Of a stretch of DNA of 33,390 bases, positions 26,853 through 33,390 are shown piece by piece. Positions within the stretch are counted from its first letter, which is position 1; every line of letters starts with the position of its first letter. Under the pieces are notes generated by a model. It searched no databases and was not told the DNA's origin. It saw nothing but the letters and a program-made list of their open reading frames with translations. The stretch is from the sequence record SRR20825006_689; one strand, given 5' to 3'. The position numbers and the translations under genes were made by a program.

Positions 26853-29800
26853 TTACTTTAATGTAACATCTAAATAAACAGAATACCTATTGTAAGTATC
26901 ATAAAAAGGTTTGTAAGTAATTCCATCAATTATAAATTCTAATTTTTCAGGATCTCCAGAAATATCCTTTCCTATCTCGTTTTTATCAAACGTAACCTTA
27001 CGCCATTCTGTACGGGGTTCAGACTCTTGAGCAACAAGTAAAATAGGACCATAAAATAAACTAGCTATATTTTGTTGATCCATTATTGATTCTAAATGAA
27101 ACTGAAATGGCATTTTTAATTCCACAGTATCCCCGTCTTTCCAAGTACGATTTAAGGTTAGGTAACTTCCAGGAATAGCTTCTACTTTTTCCTCTTTTCC
27201 ATTAATCTTCACTATAAAACCTTTGGTAGCCCAATTTGGTACACGAACTTTCAAATCAAATTTTCCATTACCATTAATAGTTAGTTGTGTAAAATCTTCT
27301 TTCGGGAAAGCAGTTTTTTGTGTAATTGTTAGCTTTTTTTCCGCCCAATGTAAAGTTGATGGCACATATAGATTTACATAAAGCGCGTCATTTTCTACAC
27401 TTTTAAAATAAATAGAATTTTGAAGTTTTGTACTACTTTCTATAGCTGTACCGTTACAACAAGTAAACCCTTTCATATCTGGATTTCCAAAATGCTTTAC
27501 AGAACCTGGCCTTAATGGAACATGGTATGTATTTGCAGGAGTTTTCTCTGCTACAGACGCTAGAATATGATTATATAAACCGCGTTCATAATAATCCATA
27601 TATTCGGCTCTTTGATCAAAAAGAAACAAGTTTCTCGTTAATTTAAGCATGTTATAGGTAGCACACGTTTCATTTTGCCCTCCTGCTGATAATCCATTTT
27701 CATATATAGTTGCTGGTTGTGAGATAAAACATTCTGCATTTGCTGGGTTTCGTGCTCCTGCAACTCCACCAATACTATACATATAATCGTTTTTGCTTTT
27801 AAACCAAAAGTTATCGGCTATACGGTAATATTCGGCTGTATTGGAATCTCTATACATTTCTATGGCTCCCACAATTTGAGGAATGTGTTGATTGGCGTGG
27901 AGTCCTCTAAAAGTATCTACGTTCTTTGCTAGTCCGTTTGAATGGTTAGCATCGCCATAAAACACTTTAATATTATCAAATAATTGTGCCACTTGTAAGT
28001 ATTTCTCTTCATCTGTTAACCTATATAAACGAGCCATTACTTCATTCATTCCTCCAAACTCTCCCGCAATATATCTATTCCACATACTAATCAAGGTTTC
28101 TGTTGGCAGTTCATTTAAACGAGCATAGACCCAACTCCCCATTCCTTCTGCAACTTCTAGTGCCTTTTTGTTTCCACTTACTTCATAAATATCTAATAAA
28201 CCTGCAAGTATTTTATGTAGGGTATAATAAGGAGCCCAAACTTGGGTTTGTTGTCCTCCATAGGTAGCTCCATTTTCTAGCATAATAAATTGATCTGGCG
28301 GATATGCACTTATAAAGCCTTCTCCCCAGTTCCAATAATCGGTTCGAATTCCATCTTCACTTAAATCAGAATCATAGTTTGATTTTCCTGGCCCAGGAGG
28401 AACTTCTGTTGGATTAGCCACATAGGAACCATCTTTTGTTTTTGGATTTCCAGACATTTGAGCTAATTTGTACAAAGTATTTACCATATACTCCATCTTA
28501 TCGGCAAAGTTATTTTGGAGCGATTTATCGTACCCCGTACTTGCATATGCCTGTGCAATTGCTGTGAGGTAATGCCCAGTTGCATGTCCGCGTAATTTAG
28601 TTTCCTGAGAATCCCATACTCCCAATGGCTCGGCAGCATCTGGTTGCGGCTGACCAAAAGTGTTTCGGAACATATATAAAAAAGCATCTGGATTTGTTTG
28701 AGCAAGAGTGCTTATAAACTTATCACGATTTTCAATAAATTTAGATTCATGACCATGAGTATCTACATCTAGAGAAACCTCATCTAACTCAAAAGCCTCT
28801 AAAGTTTTATCTGGTGTTGCAGATATTTTTGCATCTTTTACTGTAACAATAGCCTTAGGTTTTAAATTTGTTCCTGCAACACGTCCTATTACCGTATAAC
28901 TACCTGGTTTCTTAACCTCACTATTGTCTTTTGGCGCAGGCCAAATTACTCTAGCTTTTTCATTTTTTATTCCATTTCTATACACTCCTTTTACATAACG
29001 AGGTAAACGAGGTAGGTAACCTACTACAGTTTCTACTTCAATATCTGGCACACTTGTTAAGTATTCGTTATAAAGTTGTGGGGTTGTTTCTGAAAAAATT
29101 GGTAGATTATCATCAGGTTCTTCACGTTCGTTTACAACAGATTCCCCATCAGATAACGCATTTTTATATATTCTAGCTACTTGTTTTTCACTCAAAGGGA
29201 TTCTATAAATTCTAAAATCGTATAATTTAGCATCGAGATAGGATTTAGATGACACCGATTTTCCTATATAAAATTTATTATTTTCTCCTGAATTATTATC
29301 GAACAACTCGGCTAGTATAACCTCAACATTTTCAGTTTCTTTTACCAACTTTCCATTTACATAGGTAGCAATAGTTTTTGAAGGAATATTAATAGTAACA
29401 GCCACATGATTCCATTCGTTTACTTTTACTCCAGATGAAAGTGTTTGGTACATAGCTCCTTTGGCTGTTGTTATTTCTGCAACCAAGCCATCATTCTCTT
29501 TAGTTCCTGTAGGTGCTACAAAAAAATGTGCTTTGTTGCTTTCCCCAAAGTCAAAAAAATACTGATTTACATTAGAAGAAGTTAGGTATAACCAACCTGT
29601 TATACTTATAGATTCCTCATTAGCAACAGTCCCTTTTGGAAGTTCTATATAATTTTTACCTTTTTCTGATAATGAAAGTACTTTCCCAAACTTAGTATCA
29701 TCTACAAATTGAAATCCATCACCATGAATTTCTCCATGTAAATTATTTCTAGACCAATCTTTTGCATCTCCATTAAAAACATAACGGGCAATTAATCCTG

Positions 29801-29909
29801 TTTCTCCAATTCCATCAAGAATCTGATCCCCACTTTGCGCTAATACTTTTGATGTACTTAAGGTTAAAAAAACTAACATTGTACATAGTAATAATTTGTA
29901 TGTTTTCAT
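26853..29909 (-). CDS. GH146 (GH127-related) beta-L-arabinofuranosidase with N-terminal LamG-like and Ig-like domains
   Basis: Signal peptide. LamG-like region 'LIARYVFNG..WNHVAVT..YVNGKL..LYDFRIYRIPLSEKQV'. Ig-like region 'LPRLPRYV..VIWP..PGSYTVIGRV'. Catalytic motifs 'LRGHATGHYL', 'PYYTLHK', 'GEFGGMNE', 'HANQHIP', 'ETCATYNMLK' and 'TCCNGT'. Confidence 0.9.
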   Translation of the reverse strand: MKTYKLLLCTMLVFLTLSTSKVLAQSGDQILDGIGETGLIARYVFNGDAKDWSRNNLHGEIHGDGFQFVDDTKFGKVLSLSEKGKNYIELPKGTVANEESISITGWLYLTSSNVNQYFFDFGESNKAHFFVAPTGTKENDGLVAEITTAKGAMYQTLSSGVKVNEWNHVAVTINIPSKTIATYVNGKLVKETENVEVILAELFDNNSGENNKFYIGKSVSSKSYLDAKLYDFRIYRIPLSEKQVARIYKNALSDGESVVNEREEPDDNLPIFSETTPQLYNEYLTSVPDIEVETVVGYLPRLPRYVKGVYRNGIKNEKARVIWPAPKDNSEVKKPGSYTVIGRVAGTNLKPKAIVTVKDAKISATPDKTLEAFELDEVSLDVDTHGHESKFIENRDKFISTLAQTNPDAFLYMFRNTFGQPQPDAAEPLGVWDSQETKLRGHATGHYLTAIAQAYASTGYDKSLQNNFADKMEYMVNTLYKLAQMSGNPKTKDGSYVANPTEVPPGPGKSNYDSDLSEDGIRTDYWNWGEGFISAYPPDQFIMLENGATYGGQQTQVWAPYYTLHKILAGLLDIYEVSGNKKALEVAEGMGSWVYARLNELPTETLISMWNRYIAGEFGGMNEVMARLYRLTDEEKYLQVAQLFDNIKVFYGDANHSNGLAKNVDTFRGLHANQHIPQIVGAIEMYRDSNTAEYYRIADNFWFKSKNDYMYSIGGVAGARNPANAECFISQPATIYENGLSAGGQNETCATYNMLKLTRNLFLFDQRAEYMDYYERGLYNHILASVAEKTPANTYHVPLRPGSVKHFGNPDMKGFTCCNGTAIESSTKLQNSIYFKSVENDALYVNLYVPSTLHWAEKKLTITQKTAFPKEDFTQLTINGNGKFDLKVRVPNWATKGFIVKINGKEEKVEAIPGSYLTLNRTWKDGDTVELKMPFQFHLESIMDQQNIASLFYGPILLVAQESEPRTEWRKVTFDKNEIGKDISGDPEKLEFIIDGITYKPFYDTYNRYSVYLDVTLK

Positions 29910-30003
29910 CTATTTTAATTTTCTCAATTAATTGTTTCTAGTGTTTTAATTATTTCGATAGAACAGTCTAGGCAATAAACTTTCTAAAAAGGTTTAAAAG
30001 ATT

Positions 30004-32274
30004 CTAATTGTATATTTCATCCCAAGAAGGAGGATCTACTTCTAATAATTTTTTCACAAAGAAATCCTTACGTTTTTTATCTCCAAATGTTCCTCCAGAT
30101 GAATGTCCCATTCCTGGAACTACCACTAATTCGAAATTTTTTCCTGCTTTAATTAAAGCATTTGCAAACTGATATGTTGAAGCAGGATCCACATTATCAT
30201 CTACCTCCCCAACAATCAACATTAGATCTCCTTCCATTTGGGTTGCATTTTCAATATTTGAACATGCTGTATATTGAGGCCCAATTGGGAATCCCATCCA
30301 CTGCTCGTTCCACCAAATTTTATCCATACGGTTATCATGGCAACCACAAGAAGCTACTGCCACATCATAAAAATCAGAATTAAAAACTAAGGCTGCACCT
30401 GCATTCTGTCCGCCTGCAGAAGTTCCTCTAATTCCAACTTTTTCAATATTCATATATGGATATTTCTTTGCTGCTGCTTGCATCCATAATTTTCTATCAG
30501 GAAAACCTGCATCTTTAAGATTTTTCCAACAAACATTATGAAAAGCTTTGGAACGATTGGAGGTTCCCATACCATCTATTTGAACCACAATAAAGCCCAG
30601 CTCTGCCAAAGAAGACATCGACCAATAATAACTTTGAAAACTTTTTGGTACAAAAGAATCATGAGGTCCCGCATAAATGTATTCAATAATTGGGTATGTT
30701 TTTGAAGGATCAAAATTTGTTGGACGAACTATAATTCCCCAAATATCGGTTTTCCCGTCTCTTCCTTTTGCATTAAAAACTTCGGGAGATTTCCATCCAG
30801 TTGCTAAAAGTTCTGAAATATCAGCTTTTTGCAATTCTTTTATTATTTCACCTTTTTGATTTTTCAATAAAGTAACAGGTGGCATATCTACCCTTGAATA
30901 TTGATCTACATAATATTGATAATCATCTGAAAAACTTACCTTATGATTTCCATTTTCCTCAGTATATCTTTTAAAGTTTTTTCCATTAAAATCAATGCTA
31001 CAATAGTGTTTAAAATATGGATCTTGATCTTGATCTAAACCACTTGCAATAAAATAAATACGCTTGTTTTCTTCATCTACTTTTACCACTTCCCGTACTG
31101 GCCACTTCCCTTTTGTTATTTGGCGAATTACTTTTCCAGTTTTTGCATCATATAAATATAAATGATTCCAGCCATCTCTTTCGGATGCCCAAATAATCTG
31201 TGCTCCATCGCTAGTATCATATCGATATTTTTTTCCGCTATAATCAATAAAAGTTGGGCTGGTTTCATTAATAATTACCTGTACTTTTCCAGTAGTTGCA
31301 TCAACAGAAATCACCCTATATTTTTGGTGTCCGCGCTCATTATATTCAAACCTAAAAGCACTACTGTCTTCTAGCCATTGTATAGTTCCTAAATGAAATT
31401 GTTGCTGAAACTCATCTGTAGGAATTCTTATATGCTTTTTTGATGCAATCAAAAATAACTGCGGACTCCTAAATGCAACTTGATCTCCTGGTTTTAAATA
31501 ATCTCTCGATTGTAGCTTTGGCTGCAACTGATCTGTAGGACTAGACTCCACAAAATAAATCTTATGATCTTCTGCTGGACGTAATTTGTAAGCCATAATT
31601 TTCTTACCATCTGGAGCCCATTTTATTTGCCATGAATAGTAATAACCATTAGACCCATCATAACTCAGCTGAGTTTCTTCCTCCGTCTTAATGTTTTTTA
31701 TATATAAATTGTAATTCTTAACATATGCAGTATACTTCTTATCTGGAGAAACTACTGGTTCCCCTTCCCGTTCATCATCTTTACTTCCCCAGTAATGCTG
31801 GCGATTGCTCTTTTCTAAAGTATCTAAAACCGTTAAGGTATAATCGGATAGGTTACATTTAACTTTGAGACTATCGGTATTAAATAAGACAGAATTTTGT
31901 TCTGTATTAAACTCTAAATCTGTTATAGCAATCTTCCCACTGGTAATTGTACCTTCTGTTAAAATTGATAAACTCTTAGCCATTCTCTCATGGTCAAAAG
32001 CCAATTCTTGGGAACTGCTTAAAGCGTTTACTTTTATATACTCTTTTCCTTGTGGCGTATTATTTACATACCAAAATAATTGATTGTTTTGCCAATAAAA
32101 AGCAGTTGGAGTATTGTATGTTTTGTTTTTAAACAATGTGTCTACAGCAATAGATCTTTTGTAATCTTTCAATGTTCCTTGTGCAAAGGAGAATAAAGAA
32201 TTAAAAAGTGTTATAAACACACATATTTTACAGAGGTAGGTTTTCTTACTATACATAAGTATAAAACTATACAT
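30004..32274 (-). CDS. S9-family (DPP-IV-like) serine peptidase, secreted
   Basis: DPP-IV N-terminal propeller motifs 'SPDKKY', 'SERDGWNHLY' and 'ITKGKW'; 'YIYAGP'; nucleophile 'GTSAGG'; Asp 'DDNV'; His 'GMGHS'. Alternative start ATG at 32256. Confidence 0.92.
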   Translation of the reverse strand: MYSFILMYSKKTYLCKICVFITLFNSLFSFAQGTLKDYKRSIAVDTLFKNKTYNTPTAFYWQNNQLFWYVNNTPQGKEYIKVNALSSSQELAFDHERMAKSLSILTEGTITSGKIAITDLEFNTEQNSVLFNTDSLKVKCNLSDYTLTVLDTLEKSNRQHYWGSKDDEREGEPVVSPDKKYTAYVKNYNLYIKNIKTEEETQLSYDGSNGYYYSWQIKWAPDGKKIMAYKLRPAEDHKIYFVESSPTDQLQPKLQSRDYLKPGDQVAFRSPQLFLIASKKHIRIPTDEFQQQFHLGTIQWLEDSSAFRFEYNERGHQKYRVISVDATTGKVQVIINETSPTFIDYSGKKYRYDTSDGAQIIWASERDGWNHLYLYDAKTGKVIRQITKGKWPVREVVKVDEENKRIYFIASGLDQDQDPYFKHYCSIDFNGKNFKRYTEENGNHKVSFSDDYQYYVDQYSRVDMPPVTLLKNQKGEIIKELQKADISELLATGWKSPEVFNAKGRDGKTDIWGIIVRPTNFDPSKTYPIIEYIYAGPHDSFVPKSFQSYYWSMSSLAELGFIVVQIDGMGTSNRSKAFHNVCWKNLKDAGFPDRKLWMQAAAKKYPYMNIEKVGIRGTSAGGQNAGAALVFNSDFYDVAVASCGCHDNRMDKIWWNEQWMGFPIGPQYTACSNIENATQMEGDLMLIVGEVDDNVDPASTYQFANALIKAGKNFELVVVPGMGHSSGGTFGDKKRKDFFVKKLLEVDPPSWDEIYN

Positions 32275-32500
32275 AAAATATGCCTTTTAGTTGAAGAATA
32301 TTACCAGAATATCATACTATCTTATCCGTTAAAAGATAAAACTACGATTTACAATGGTATTTTGGTATTAAGAAATAATGGAAACCACAAGAACACCCTA
32401 ACTATTATAAGTAAAAATTAGCTAATTGTAGTATTATATTACCCTAAATAGTATATTTATACGTTATTATGACTAATATTGTTTAATTAGTTATATTATT

Positions 32501-33340
32501 ATGAAAGTACTCCCCTTTAAAATACCTAAACCAGAACAAGAAGCACTGGTATATCAAGAAGATCATGAAATTTATTTTTACGATCAACTCCATCAACATG
32601 AAGAAATTCAGATAAGTTTTATTAAAAAAGGAAGCGGTTCCTTAATTGTTGGAGACTCCATAAACACCTATAATAAAAATGATATTTTGGTTATAGGTGG
32701 AAGCATCCCCCACGTTTTTAAGAGTGATGTTGAGGCAGCTCCAGAATCTATTATGTATACTTTATTTTTTACAAAGCATGCTTTTGGAAATAACTTTTTT
32801 CAAATAAGCGACATGGAAGCTACCAAAGATTTTTTTAGACCTGCAGAATATGGTATGAAAATTTCTAAAAATCATAATAAAATCATTAGAGTTTTTAATA
32901 AACTACAAAATCAAAATAAAATACAACGTATTGCTTCATTACTGAAAATTATAAATCAGATTATTGAAACTGAATACACGCCTCTTTCTTCTTTTGTATA
33001 TGAGAAAAATTATACAGATGATGAAGGAAAACGTATGAGAGCTGTATTTGAACATGCTATGGAAAATTACCACAATCAGATAACTTTAGAGGAGGTAGCA
33101 AATATTGCTAATATGACTAAAAACGCATTTTGTAGGTATTTTAAAAAGCGTACCAATAAAACTTTTTTTCAATTCTTAATAGAAATACGTATTGAAAATG
33201 CCTGTAAATTACTTTATCGAAACAAAGAAATGTCTATTACAACCATTTCTGAATTATGTGGTTTTCAAAATATTACAAATTTCAACAGAAAATTTAAAGA
33301 GCTTAAAGGCACTACGCCATCTCAATATAGAGCTCAATAA
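32501..33340 (+). CDS. AraC-family transcriptional regulator (cupin + double HTH)
   Basis: Cupin 'LHQHEEIQIS..G..IPHVF'; HTH 'ITLEEVANIANMTKNAFCRYFKK' and 'ISELCGFQNITNFNRKFKELKGTTPSQYR'. Confidence 0.95.
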   Translation: MKVLPFKIPKPEQEALVYQEDHEIYFYDQLHQHEEIQISFIKKGSGSLIVGDSINTYNKNDILVIGGSIPHVFKSDVEAAPESIMYTLFFTKHAFGNNFFQISDMEATKDFFRPAEYGMKISKNHNKIIRVFNKLQNQNKIQRIASLLKIINQIIETEYTPLSSFVYEKNYTDDEGKRMRAVFEHAMENYHNQITLEEVANIANMTKNAFCRYFKKRTNKTFFQFLIEIRIENACKLLYRNKEMSITTISELCGFQNITNFNRKFKELKGTTPSQYRAQ

Positions 33341-33368
33341 ATAAACTTGATAAGTTTACGAGGAAATC

Positions 33369-33390
33369 AACTACCTCGAGGCAAGCCTAC
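33369..33390. repeat. Small palindromic REP-like element, truncated by the window end
   Basis: AACTACCTCGAGGCAAGCCTAC with an AGGC-AA-GCCT core, about 28 nt after the AraC stop. Similar to 16380-16398. Confidence 0.55.

Noticed and set aside
31019-31036. GATCTT tandem repeat (about three copies) in the peptidase gene
   Set aside because: It is an in-frame 6-nt unit encoding DQDQD, with no sign of phase variation.
2582-32083. Numerous 60-106 aa ORFs antisense to or nested within long genes (e.g. 5909-6193, 15497-15817, 25115-25315, 28481-28705)
   Set aside because: All lie within well-supported CDSs, have no recognisable motifs, and are expected shadow ORFs.
1-33390. CRISPR array, tRNA/rRNA, IS/integrase, frameshifted pseudogenes
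   Set aside because: No regularly spaced repeats, RNA-gene signatures or recombinase ORFs were seen, and all major ORFs appear full length for their families.

Overview
AT-rich DNA with Bacteroidota (probably Flavobacteriaceae) hallmarks: lipoprotein signal peptides, TTTG-N20-TAnnTTTG-type promoters and an NrtR-type AraR. Most of the window is an L-arabinan/L-arabinose utilisation locus. A minus-strand run (16231 to 1681) encodes GH51, GH43, GH43 endo-arabinanase, GH127, GH51, araB, araD, araA, a lipoprotein mutarotase and a Na+/sugar symporter. It is divergent from an NrtR-family araR, and two near-identical candidate operators (TTTATAAGTGT-N4-TTTACATTT) are visible. A self-contained TetR-controlled RND efflux cassette (17314-23877) with two matching operators follows. 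Next is a second minus-strand module: S9/DPP-IV-like peptidase, LamG+Ig+GH146 beta-L-arabinofuranosidase, and a DUF5695-like secreted protein, divergent from an AraC regulator. This three-gene module is the best candidate for an undescribed system, possibly deconstructing beta-arabinosylated hydroxyproline-rich glycoproteins, with the DUF5695-like protein as a putative new glycosidase. A LacI regulator lies at the left edge. I saw no SusC/SusD pair, rRNA, tRNA, CRISPR array or transposase. Family assignments come from motif recognition by eye, not database searches.
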